The position numbers were made by a program, and so were the translations under genes. From positions 2,393 to 66,392 of the forward strand of contig JAXHUH010000240.1 of the NCBI GenBank assembly GCA_034211175.1: a stretch of DNA of 64,000 nucleotides, given 5' to 3'. Each line of letters starts with the position of its first letter. Positions within the stretch are counted from its first letter, which is position 1. Under the pieces are notes generated by a model, which saw only the letters and a program-made list of their open reading frames with translations, did not search any database and was not told where the DNA came from. Shown one piece after another: positions 27,450 through 35,558 of the stretch. The DNA comes from Actinomycetota bacterium. Lineage in GTDB: Bacteria > Actinomycetota > Acidimicrobiia > Acidimicrobiales > CAIXPF01.

Positions 27450-28333
27450 GCGATTCGGTCGGTTCCGAGGTGCGGCGGGTCCGCACCGGGGCGGGGCTCA
27501 GCGTCGTGCTCGAGCGCTTCGGCGGCCCCTCCGAGCGTCCCCCGGTGTTGCTGCTGCACGGTGGCGGTCAGACCCGGCACAGCTGGTCCGGTACGGCCAG
27601 CCAGCTGGCGGCACACGGGTACGAGGCCTTCACCATGGATCTCCGTGGTCACGGCGACTCGGACTGGGCCTCCGATGGCGACTACACGACCGACGCCATG
27701 GTGGAGGACCTCGACGCGGTGTGCGCCGAGATCGGCCGGTCGCCGGTGCTGGTGGGCGCCTCGATGGGAGGCATGGTCGGGCTGGTCAGCGAGGGCTCGC
27801 TGCGTCCCGGCCGGTTGCAGGGCCTCGTGCTCGTCGACATCGCGACCCAGCTCGAGACGGCCGGGGTCGAGCGCATCGTCGGGTTCATGTCCGCAGCGCC
27901 CGACGGCTTCGCCACCCTCGAGGAGGCGGCCGATGCCATCGCCGCGTACCGGCCCAACCGGCCTCGACCCAGCAACCTCGACGGGCTGCGAAAGAACCTG
28001 CGGCAAGGTGAGGACGGCCGCTGGCGCTGGCACTGGGATCCGGCGTTCCTCTCGGGCAAGAGCCGAGACGGCCGCACCGACGTCGACAGGCTCGGCGACG
28101 CAGCCCGCAACCTCAGCCTTCCCACGTTGCTGGTGCGGGGCCGCATGTCGGACATGTTGAGCCTGGAGGGTGTCGCCACGTTCCGCGAGCAGTGCCCGCA
28201 CGCCCACTTCGTCGACATCGCCGATGCCGGCCACATGGTGGTCGGCGACCGCAACGACGCCTTCACCGCGGCGGTGATCGACTTCGTCGACCAGCTCTGC
28301 GAGGACGACCACGACGAGGAGTTGGCCAGCTGA
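27446..28333 (+). CDS. Alpha/beta-fold hydrolase
   Basis: ATGA overlap. LLLHGGGQTRHSW oxyanion region and the GASMGG nucleophile elbow. Confidence 0.87.
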   Translation: MSDSVGSEVRRVRTGAGLSVVLERFGGPSERPPVLLLHGGGQTRHSWSGTASQLAAHGYEAFTMDLRGHGDSDWASDGDYTTDAMVEDLDAVCAEIGRSPVLVGASMGGMVGLVSEGSLRPGRLQGLVLVDIATQLETAGVERIVGFMSAAPDGFATLEEAADAIAAYRPNRPRPSNLDGLRKNLRQGEDGRWRWHWDPAFLSGKSRDGRTDVDRLGDAARNLSLPTLLVRGRMSDMLSLEGVATFREQCPHAHFVDIADAGHMVVGDRNDAFTAAVIDFVDQLCEDDHDEELAS

Positions 28334-28740
28334 TGCTCGCCACCGACCCCCACTTGTTCCGACTCCCGGCTGAAGGGGAGAACCGCCCCCGTCTGCTGGG
28401 CTCCTACGCCCCCGAGTCCGGTCTCCACTTCTGGCCTCGCCGCAGGCGCTGCCCGGTCACGCGCACGCCCGTGGAAGACGTCGAGCTCGGCCCGGTGGGC
28501 ACGCTGTACGCCTGGACGTTCCTCCACGTGCCGCGCATGGGCAAGGTGTCCTTCGGCGACACCGGTGGGTATGCCGTGGGGCAGGTCGACCTCCCGGAGG
28601 GCGTCCGGGTGCAGGCGCCCCTCATGGGCTCGCAACAGGACTGGTCCATCGATGACGAGATGGCGCTCACGCTGTTCCCGGTGGGGACCGACGACGACGG
28701 CCAGGAGCTCGTCACCTTCCGCTTCGAGGTGGTCCGGTGA
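28333..28740 (+). CDS. DUF35 OB-fold/zinc-ribbon-like protein (thiolase partner)
   Basis: TGATG junction. About 135 aa. GTLYAWTFLHVP...GYAVGQVDLPEGVRVQAPL OB-fold pattern. Precedes a thiolase-like gene with a GTGA overlap. Confidence 0.78.
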   Translation: MLATDPHLFRLPAEGENRPRLLGSYAPESGLHFWPRRRRCPVTRTPVEDVELGPVGTLYAWTFLHVPRMGKVSFGDTGGYAVGQVDLPEGVRVQAPLMGSQQDWSIDDEMALTLFPVGTDDDGQELVTFRFEVVR

Positions 28741-29888
28741 CGTCCAAGATGGGTCGCCGGGTCTTCGTCGCCGGCGTGGGCATGCACCCGTTCGGCAACG
28801 AGGGGATCCCGGCCGCGGACATGGGCTACGTGGCTGGTGTCGACGCCCTCGAAGACGCCGGCATCGACTTTCCCGAGGTCGGCGCCCTCTACAACGGCTA
28901 CATCGGAGGCGGGATCACGGCGGGTGTGCACCTGGCCAAGGACCTGGGCCTCACCGGTCTGCCCGTCACCCACGTCGAGAACGCCTCTGCCACCGGCTCG
29001 TCGGCCTTCGGGGAGGCCGTCCACGCCGTGGCCGGCGGACGGGTCGATGTCGCCATGGCGCTCGGCTTCGACGACATGAACCGCATGGCCGGCCTGGGCC
29101 GCAGCGGGCGGGGCGGGCTGGGTGCCGAGGACGTCATGCTGCCGGCGGCGTTCTTCGCCATGTGGGCCACCCGGCGCATGCACGAGGCAGGCACATCCGT
29201 GGAGACCTTCGCCGCCATCGCCGCGAAGAACTGGAACCACGCCCGCCACAACCCGATGGCCCAGCGCCGGGCCGACCACGAGGTGACCGTCGAGGAGGTC
29301 TTGGCATCGACGATGATCTCCTACCCGCACACCTCCAAGATGGCGTGCGCAGCCGGTGGCGGTGGCGCAGCGGCGATCGTGGTCTCCGAGGACGTCGCTC
29401 GCCGCTTGGGCGGTCCGATGATCGAGGTCGTGGCGTCGCAGCAGCGCTCCGAGACCTACACCGACGGCCACGTGTTCCTGGGAGCCGTCATCGGGCCAGC
29501 GCAGATGACGCGCGACACCGCCGCCGACGCCTACGAGCAGGCCGGGCTCGGCCCTCGCGATCTGGACCTGGTGCAGGTCCACGACGCATTCCCCGTCGAG
29601 GAGCTCGTCTACTACGAGCTGCTCGGCATCTGCGACGACGGCGAGGGGGACAAGCTCGTGGTCACCGGTGAGACCAGCCTCGGTGGGCGCATCCCGTTCA
29701 GCACCGACGGCGGGCTCACCGCCCGCGGGCATCCCGGCGGGCCGACGGGGCTGGCCCAGATCCACGAGACCGTGCTCCAGCTCCGCGGCGCAGCCGGCGA
29801 GCGTCAGGTGGAGGGTGCCCGGACCGGGCTGTGCCACATGGCCGGTGCCGGCTCCGTCTGTGTCGTGCACATCCTCCAGCGCACCTGA
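28737..29888 (+). CDS. SCP-x/Ltp-type thiolase-like protein
   Basis: 383 aa. RVFVAGVGMHPFG...HVENASATGSSAF...GHPGGPTGLAQ...MAGAG. Confidence 0.87.
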   Translation: MTSKMGRRVFVAGVGMHPFGNEGIPAADMGYVAGVDALEDAGIDFPEVGALYNGYIGGGITAGVHLAKDLGLTGLPVTHVENASATGSSAFGEAVHAVAGGRVDVAMALGFDDMNRMAGLGRSGRGGLGAEDVMLPAAFFAMWATRRMHEAGTSVETFAAIAAKNWNHARHNPMAQRRADHEVTVEEVLASTMISYPHTSKMACAAGGGGAAAIVVSEDVARRLGGPMIEVVASQQRSETYTDGHVFLGAVIGPAQMTRDTAADAYEQAGLGPRDLDLVQVHDAFPVEELVYYELLGICDDGEGDKLVVTGETSLGGRIPFSTDGGLTARGHPGGPTGLAQIHETVLQLRGAAGERQVEGARTGLCHMAGAGSVCVVHILQRT

Positions 29889-29911
29889 CGCATCCGGTGG
29901 CTCGCTCGTGG

Positions 29912-30514
29912 CTAGCCCTGGTGGCGGAGGCCGTCGCCCAGTGCCTCGAGCGCCGCCGTGGCCAGCGCGACCAGATCCGTCCGGCCGTCGTCGTGCAGCC
30001 ATGTGGTCAGGGCCGCGCGCAGGGCGGCCATGCAGCCCGCCGCCAGCAGCTGGGGGAGCAGTGAGGTCTCGGCGTGACCGGCCCGCTCGGCAGCGAAGGT
30101 CCGGATGACCCCCTCCCAGTCCGCCTGGTGGCCGAGACTGCGGGCGTGGACCGAGGGTGTGGCCAGCACGAGACGAGCCTGCTGGAGGAACTCCTCGCTG
30201 CTCGTCTCGTAGTCCTGCGCGAGCTCCAGCACGGCACCTCGCACGGCATCGAAGGCACCTTCCTCAGGCGGACGTGTCCGCAGCGCCTGCTCGAGCCGCC
30301 GCAGCCTGCTGGCGTCTTCGGGCAGCAGCGCGTCGTCCTTGGTGTCGAAGTACCGGAAGAAGGTGCGCCGGGAGATGCCGGCCGACGCGGCGATGTCGTC
30401 CACGGTGACGTCGTCGAAGCCATGGGCGGCGAAGAGGGCGAGCGCGTGCTCAGCGATCTCGGCGCGCGTGCGCTCGTGGTTCCGCTCTCGCAGACCGGGA
30501 CGCGGTTGGGACAT
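29912..30514 (-). CDS. TetR-family transcriptional regulator
   Basis: ATG at 30514. HTH region RTRAEIAEHALALFAAHGFDDVTVDDIAASAGISRRTFFRYF. Divergent from the MMPL gene. Confidence 0.88.
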   Translation of the reverse strand: MSQPRPGLRERNHERTRAEIAEHALALFAAHGFDDVTVDDIAASAGISRRTFFRYFDTKDDALLPEDASRLRRLEQALRTRPPEEGAFDAVRGAVLELAQDYETSSEEFLQQARLVLATPSVHARSLGHQADWEGVIRTFAAERAGHAETSLLPQLLAAGCMAALRAALTTWLHDDGRTDLVALATAALEALGDGLRHQG

Positions 30515-30642
30515 CACGCGCGCCACCCTAGTGTCATGTGGCACCGCATGCCGATGAGGAACTGCGAGCCAGACCGGCATAGGATGCCCGACACCCCGTC
30601 CCCGGCGTGTTGTCCGATGCGCCAACGAAACGAAGGCAATCG

Positions 30643-33147
30643 ATGAGCTGGATCCTGGAGCGCATGGCTCGTGCCGTCGCCCGCACCCCCGCTCGGGTGC
30701 TGCTGGCACTGGTCGTCGTCACCGTCGTCCTCGGCGGCTTCGCCACCCAGCAGACGACCGACGCCGATCTCACCTCCTTCGCTCCCGACAGCGAGCTGGC
30801 GCGCGCCTTCGAGCGGGTGGAAGACGACTTCTCCGGTGGCGGTTCCCGCATCCAGGTGATCGTCGACGCCGGCGAAGGCGGCGACATCCTCTCGTCGGAC
30901 GGCATCGCAGCAGCGAACGCCATCGCCGATGCGGTCCGAGCCGAGGAGTCCGTCGACCTGGCCAGCGGTGAACGGGGCGTGGTGACGTTCGCGGCGCCCG
31001 TGGCGGGCGCGCTGGAGGCGCAGGGCGTCGAGGTGGCCGAGGCCGATGCCGAGGAGATCGCCGCGGCCGTCGAGGTGGCCTACGCAGACCCGCGCGCCGC
31101 GCAAGCCCTCGGGCTGCTCTCCGGCGAGCCGGGGGAGGCCCGGGCGGGTCTCGTGATCATCGAGCTGGACCCGTCGCTGAGTGACAGCGAAGCAGCTGAG
31201 GACCAGCTCGCCGCCGCCGCCGCCATCGCCGACGTCGATACCGCGACCTCTGAGGTGGAGATCGACGCGTTCAGCCAGGCGATCCTGTCCGATCAGCTCC
31301 AGGCTGAGTCCCAGGACGAGATGCCCCGCCTCCTTGGCGTCTCCCTCCTGCTCATCGTCGGCATCCTCGCGTTCCAGTACCGCTCCGCCAGCGATGTCGC
31401 CCTCGGCTTCGCCGGGCTCATCGTCACCATCATGTGGATGTTCGGCATCGGCGTCCTGCTCGGACCGGACTACCTGGGCGTGGTGGGGCCCTTCACCCAG
31501 ATCTCCACCGCGGTCCCGGTCCTCCTCGTCGGTCTCGGCATCGACTACGCCATCCACCTCAACTCGCGCTACCGCGAGGAGCAGAACCACGGTGTCCCGC
31601 CCGGGGGAGCCTCGGCCACGGCGGTGCGGGCCGTCGGGGGCGCACTGGTGCTGGCCACGGTCACCACCGTCGTGGGCTTCCTCACCAACGTCGTCTCGCC
31701 GCTGCCGCCGATGGCCGACTTCGGCATCTTCACCGCGGTGGGCGTGCTCTCGGCGTTCGTCGTCATGGCGCTGCTCATCCCCAGCGCCCGCCACGTGCTC
31801 GACGCCCGCCCCCGCGGGCTGGCCAAGGTCCAGCGTCGCCGTGAGAAGGCGGCGGCAAAGGAGGCCGCCGGTCGCACGGCCCACGCGTCCGGACTCTCCG
31901 CCGTGATGGGCCGCACCGCTGCCTTCGCCGAGCACATCCCCCGCATCACGCTGGCCGTCGCCGCCGTCGTCACCGTGACCGCGGGCGTCGCCGCCACCCA
32001 GATCGAGACCTCGTTCAGCCAGGACGACTTCATCCCGGAGGACTCCGAACCCGGCATCGTCCTCGACAAGGTCGACCGGCTCTTCGGCGGCGACCTCACC
32101 GAGGAGACCTACGTCATCGTCGAGGGCGACGTCACCGACCCGGAGGCGCTCGCTGCGCTCGAGGCGGCGCAGGCCGAGCTGGCCGACACCGAGTTCGTGC
32201 GCACCTCGGGCGGCGAGGCCGACCTGACCACGCCCCTCACCTTGCTCCGCCGGCTCTCGGCCCAGGACCCGAACTTCGCCGCTGCAGCCGGTGAGCTCGG
32301 CTTCGACCCGGCGCAGGGTCTGTCCGACGACGCCGACGCACAGGCCTTGTTCGCCCTGGCGCGGGATGCGGCGCCCGACCGGACGGCACAGGTCGTCGGA
32401 CAGGACGGCGAATCGGCGTTGCTGTCCATCGCCACCAACGCCGGCCAGGAGGACGCCCAGGCCGCGGCCGACGCGATCGACACCGCCGTGGCGCCATTGC
32501 GAGACGCCGGCCTGGAGACCGTGGTCGTCTCGCAGTTCCTGGTCTTCGACGAGGTGCTCGACGCCATGACCGACAGTCAGACGCAGGGCATCGTGATCAC
32601 CCTCGTCGCTGCCCTGCTCCTGCTGGTCAGCTACTACGGGTTCGTGGACCGCAAGCCGCTGCTCGGCGCCATCACCATGGTGCCCTCCGTGGCGGTCGTC
32701 GGCTGGATCCTGGGGACCATGGTGCTGCTCGACATCAGCTTCAACGTGCTCTCCGCCATGGTGGCCAGCATCGGCATCGGCATCGGCGTGCCCTACGGCA
32801 TCCACGTGACCCACCGGTTCCTCGAGGACCGGCGCCGCTACGACACCGTCGACGAGGCGGTCCGCCAGACGCTCACCCACACCGGCGGCGCCATGGCTGC
32901 CTCGGCGGCCACCACGGCGGCCGGCTTCGGCGTGCTGGTGTTCGCGTCCCTCGAGCCGCTCCGCCAGTTCGGGCTCATCGTCGCGCTCACCATCGTGTAC
33001 TCGCTGCTCGCGGCCGCGCTGATCCAGCCGGCCTGCCTCAAGCTGTGGGGTGAGTGGCGGGCCCGCAAGGGCGACGTCGGCGAGCTGCACGACCACGAGG
33101 ACCGTGCCGCCGCGTCTGCGGCCGCCGACTCCAAGATCGGGGTCTGA
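30643..33147 (+). CDS. MMPL-family (RND superfamily) membrane transporter
   Basis: About 834 aa. Two 6-TM bundles each preceded by a large extracytoplasmic domain. MMPL-like motifs (GIDYAIHL.., GIGIGVPYGIHVTHRF). Confidence 0.87.
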   Translation: MSWILERMARAVARTPARVLLALVVVTVVLGGFATQQTTDADLTSFAPDSELARAFERVEDDFSGGGSRIQVIVDAGEGGDILSSDGIAAANAIADAVRAEESVDLASGERGVVTFAAPVAGALEAQGVEVAEADAEEIAAAVEVAYADPRAAQALGLLSGEPGEARAGLVIIELDPSLSDSEAAEDQLAAAAAIADVDTATSEVEIDAFSQAILSDQLQAESQDEMPRLLGVSLLLIVGILAFQYRSASDVALGFAGLIVTIMWMFGIGVLLGPDYLGVVGPFTQISTAVPVLLVGLGIDYAIHLNSRYREEQNHGVPPGGASATAVRAVGGALVLATVTTVVGFLTNVVSPLPPMADFGIFTAVGVLSAFVVMALLIPSARHVLDARPRGLAKVQRRREKAAAKEAAGRTAHASGLSAVMGRTAAFAEHIPRITLAVAAVVTVTAGVAATQIETSFSQDDFIPEDSEPGIVLDKVDRLFGGDLTEETYVIVEGDVTDPEALAALEAAQAELADTEFVRTSGGEADLTTPLTLLRRLSAQDPNFAAAAGELGFDPAQGLSDDADAQALFALARDAAPDRTAQVVGQDGESALLSIATNAGQEDAQAAADAIDTAVAPLRDAGLETVVVSQFLVFDEVLDAMTDSQTQGIVITLVAALLLLVSYYGFVDRKPLLGAITMVPSVAVVGWILGTMVLLDISFNVLSAMVASIGIGIGVPYGIHVTHRFLEDRRRYDTVDEAVRQTLTHTGGAMAASAATTAAGFGVLVFASLEPLRQFGLIVALTIVYSLLAAALIQPACLKLWGEWRARKGDVGELHDHEDRAAASAAADSKIGV

Positions 33148-33175
33148 CCACCCCCTGGCGCGGTGAGACGCTCCG

Positions 33176-33198
33176 TGTAACATGTTCCGTGCCGGAAC
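33176..33198. promoter_or_regulatory. Overlapping palindromes: TGTAACATGTTCCG (AAC-N2-GTT core) and hairpin GTTCCG-TGC-CGGAAC
   Basis: Read directly. Lies between the MMPL stop and the GAGGAGAG RBS of the following small ORF. Confidence 0.3.
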
Positions 33199-33289
33199 GA
33201 GGAGAGCTCCACCGTGACGATCACCGAAGGCCACGACACCGCCGACCGCCCCGCGCTGGGTTCCAGCGACCCACGCGACGGGCGGCTTC

Positions 33290-33565
33290 ATGCTCGCCGA
33301 TCTCCACACCCAGCTGGTCGAGGGTGAGATGATGATCCAGGACCTGGCCAGCAGCATGGAGCTGCGCCGTCGCGCTGGTGATTGGCAGACGCACCTCGAC
33401 GTCCTGCTCGGGGGATCCCACGGTGTCGCCGGCGAGGGCACACTCGGCGGGCGACCCAAGATCCAGGCTCCACCCAAGGCGGTGCTCGGGTCTGCGCTGC
33501 GCACCAAGTGGGAGGCGGAGGGTCGTGACCCGAAGGCCAAGCTGGCGGAGGCGTCGTCGGGGTGA
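33290..33565 (+). CDS. Hypothetical protein; may really start at GTG 33214 with a frame break near 33280
   Basis: High-GC3 91-aa ORF. A 24-codon high-GC3 stretch with a strong RBS (GAGGAGAG-N7-GTG at 33214) lies upstream in another frame. Confidence 0.45.
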   Translation: MLADLHTQLVEGEMMIQDLASSMELRRRAGDWQTHLDVLLGGSHGVAGEGTLGGRPKIQAPPKAVLGSALRTKWEAEGRDPKAKLAEASSG

Positions 33566-33891
33566 GCGGACCGGCAGAAGGACCCTCGGATCTCTTCGTC
33601 GACGATCCGCTGGTTCGGGAGACCCTCGAGATCGAGCACCGACTGCGTGACAACGGGTACTCGAGCCTCCCTCACGTGCTCGCACTCGGCGGCGACTTCG
33701 ACTTCGACGGGCTGAGCATCGACGAGATCGTCACCGAGGCCCGCCGATTGCTCGCCCACCAGCACGCCGTCGAGCTGTCCGGCGCCCGCATCCTGGCGTC
33801 GATCGGAGAGCTGGCCGTGAAGGCCGCAGCGTTCGACGCGGTGCTGGAGCTCTCCCAGGATCGCTCGTCACCCCCTCCGACCGCGGGGTGA
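33562..33891 (+). CDS. Hypothetical protein
   Basis: 109 aa. GTGA overlap with the preceding ORF. High GC3. No recognisable motif. Confidence 0.5.
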   Translation: MSGPAEGPSDLFVDDPLVRETLEIEHRLRDNGYSSLPHVLALGGDFDFDGLSIDEIVTEARRLLAHQHAVELSGARILASIGELAVKAAAFDAVLELSQDRSSPPPTAG

Positions 33892-33905
33892 CGGTTCCGC
33901 TCCGC

Positions 33906-34349
33906 TCAACGTGGGTCGACGATGGTGAGCGTCGCCTGGGCGGCAGCCAGAACGCGGCGATCGTCGTCTTGGCGGTACAGCTCGCAGCGCACCACCGCAG
34001 ATCGCTTCGTCATGGCCACCACCGTGGCCTCGGCGTCGACGGTCTCGGCCTTCAGCGGGGCGAGGTAGTTCACCTTGACCTCTGTGGTCGCGGCCCACTG
34101 GCCCCGCTGCATCAGGGGGTAGACGACCACGCCGGTCACGTGGTCGACGATGGCTGCGGTCACGCCTCCGTGGGCGTTGCCGAACGGCGTCAGCAGCTCC
34201 GGCGCGATGGTTGCCGTGGCGAAGAACCGTCCGGGCTCGAAGCGCACGTGCTCGATGCCGAGGTAGCCAGGGAGACCGCCAGCGGCGCTGCCCGCCTCGA
34301 TCATGCCTCGGGCGATCTCGTCGTCGTACCGGTCTGCGAAGTCTGTCAT
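33906..34349 (-). CDS. PaaI/hotdog-fold thioesterase
   Basis: 147 aa. NAHGGVTAAIVDHVTG...TTEVKVNYLAP pattern. Confidence 0.87.
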   Translation of the reverse strand: MTDFADRYDDEIARGMIEAGSAAGGLPGYLGIEHVRFEPGRFFATATIAPELLTPFGNAHGGVTAAIVDHVTGVVVYPLMQRGQWAATTEVKVNYLAPLKAETVDAEATVVAMTKRSAVVRCELYRQDDDRRVLAAAQATLTIVDPR

Positions 34350-34373
34350 GGCACAGAAGGTACTTCGTGTCTC
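34350..34373. promoter_or_regulatory. Operator-like palindrome GGCACA-N12-TGTCTC (site 3 of 9)
   Basis: Abuts the thioesterase start codon. 37 nt upstream of the divergent TetR gene. Confidence 0.4.
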
Positions 34374-34409
34374 GTGGAGTCACGCGGACGATCGGCATAA
34401 ACTGAGCTG

Positions 34410-35029
34410 ATGGCCCGGATGCTGCGAGACTCTTGGCGTAGCGACGCCCCGACTTCCGTTGACGACGCGCGCAATCGCCTGATCGATGCAGCCGAGGTGT
34501 GCTTCACCCGGTTCGGCGTGGCCAAGACGACCCTCGAGGACATCGCGACCGAAGCCGGGGTGTCCCGAGCCACGGTGTACCGGTACTTCGAGGGTGGCCG
34601 GGACGAGATCATCCTCGGTGTCGTCCTCCGTGAGGGCAACGAATTCATCGAGTCGCTCGGCCGGCGCGTCCACCACGAGGAGACGCTCGGGGCAGCGATC
34701 GTCGAGGTGTGCTCTACACGGTCTCGGCAGTCCGCAAGAACGAGCATCTCGCGCTCCTGTTCGCCCCGGAGGTCGCCGGGCACACGACCTCGATCGCCAG
34801 TGCTTCCACGGCGTTGTACGAACTGACGCAGGACTTCCTGCGACCCATCTTCGAGCAGGCACGAACAGAGGGTCAACTCCGCGACGGCGTCATCGCCGAC
34901 GACGCCGCCGAGTTCGTCCTCCGGATGATCCTGTCGTTGCTGTCGGTGGCTGGTCCCCGCAAGCGGTCCCAGGCCAAGGAGCGGGAGTTCCTGCGCACCT
35001 ACTGCGCCGGCGCCATCGTACGGGAGTAG
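34410..35029 (+). pseudogene. TetR-family regulator; frame break in GTGTG at 34705-34711
   Basis: Frame 0: HTH RNRLIDAAEVCFTRFGVAKTTLEDIATEAGVSRATVYRYF...AAIVEV. Frame 2 continues VLYTVSAVRKNEHLALLFAPE...EFVLRMILSLL... to the stop at 35029. Confidence 0.75.
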
Positions 35030-35030
35030 C

Positions 35031-35411
35031 TCAGGCGGTCAGGTCAGCCAGCTCGACCCGGAACGCTTGCTGCTCGGCCGTGGGCGTTGCCGTCTGGAGG
35101 GTCATCCCTCGGTCATGTCAGCCTCGACCTCGATCTGGCCGGACATGAACGCCTGCATCGCCGCTGACCGGTCCCCGTCGATGAAGAGGTCTCGGCGATG
35201 TCGCAGGGAACGGTGAGCTTGGTCGGCGCGCCCTCGGTGTGGCCCCGCTCGAAGGTCCCCCGGCGAGGTGGACGTCGACGTCGCCGTCCGGGGCCCCGGT
35301 CACGGTGATGTTCACGGTGGCGTCCGCCAGGGCGTCCGGAGCTTCCGGCTGCTCGGAGTGCAGCTCCTCGACTGCGTCGAACCAGGCCTCGGTCAGGAAG
35401 GGGTGCGACAT
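35031..35411 (-). pseudogene. SCP2 sterol-carrier-domain protein, split over three frames
   Basis: MSHPFLTEAWFDAVEEL...VNITVTGAPDGDVDVHLAGG / TFERGHTEGAPTKLTVPCDIAE / DLFIDGDRSAAMQAFMSGQIEVEADMTEG / MTLQTATPTAEQQAFRVELADLTA. Breaks at the C5 run 35257-35261, at about 35186-35194, and at about 35098-35110. Confidence 0.62.
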
Positions 35412-35451
35412 GGTGTGGGTCCTCGAGTTCGCCAGGAACATTGGTTCCGCT

Positions 35452-35475
35452 GATACAGTAAGAACCTCTTGTAAC
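35452..35475. promoter_or_regulatory. Weaker operator-like site GATACA-N12-TGTAAC (site 4 of 9)
   Basis: AT-rich. 41 nt upstream of the SCP2 start. Keeps the ACA-N12-TGT core and exact spacing. Confidence 0.3.
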
Positions 35476-35558
35476 GGGATCTCGTGGATCGCGGCAAATG
35501 TCCTCGGTCGGGACCGCGGCGCTGCGAGCGTCGGCCCCGCCTCCGGCGCAGGACCTCG

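Noticed and set aside
30515-30642. TetR/MMPL divergent intergenic region as a tenth site of the N12 palindrome
   Set aside because: It contains TGTCATGTGGCAC, and GGGACA 18 nt upstream of TGTC, but no GACA-N12-TGTC arrangement. It probably has its own operator.
30514-33765. Very long shadow ORFs: this 1083-aa one, plus 48881..51190(-), 56236..59241(+), 12009..14006(-), 6443..8158(-), 42481..44853(-) upstream part and others in the track
   Set aside because: All lie opposite or out of frame to genes with clear family motifs. Their translations are dominated by R/G/P/A/D runs with no domains. They are high-GC frame artefacts.
35031-35105. 24-codon ORF MTLQTATPTAEQQAFRVELADLTA with an ATGA overlap to the SCP2 stop; considered as a RiPP or mycofactocin-like precursor peptide
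   Set aside because: It lacks the MftA-type C-terminal GVY. It also continues the usual SCP2 C-terminal pattern (..GDMxxLMxLQ..), so it is more simply the displaced C-terminus of the frame-broken SCP2 gene.
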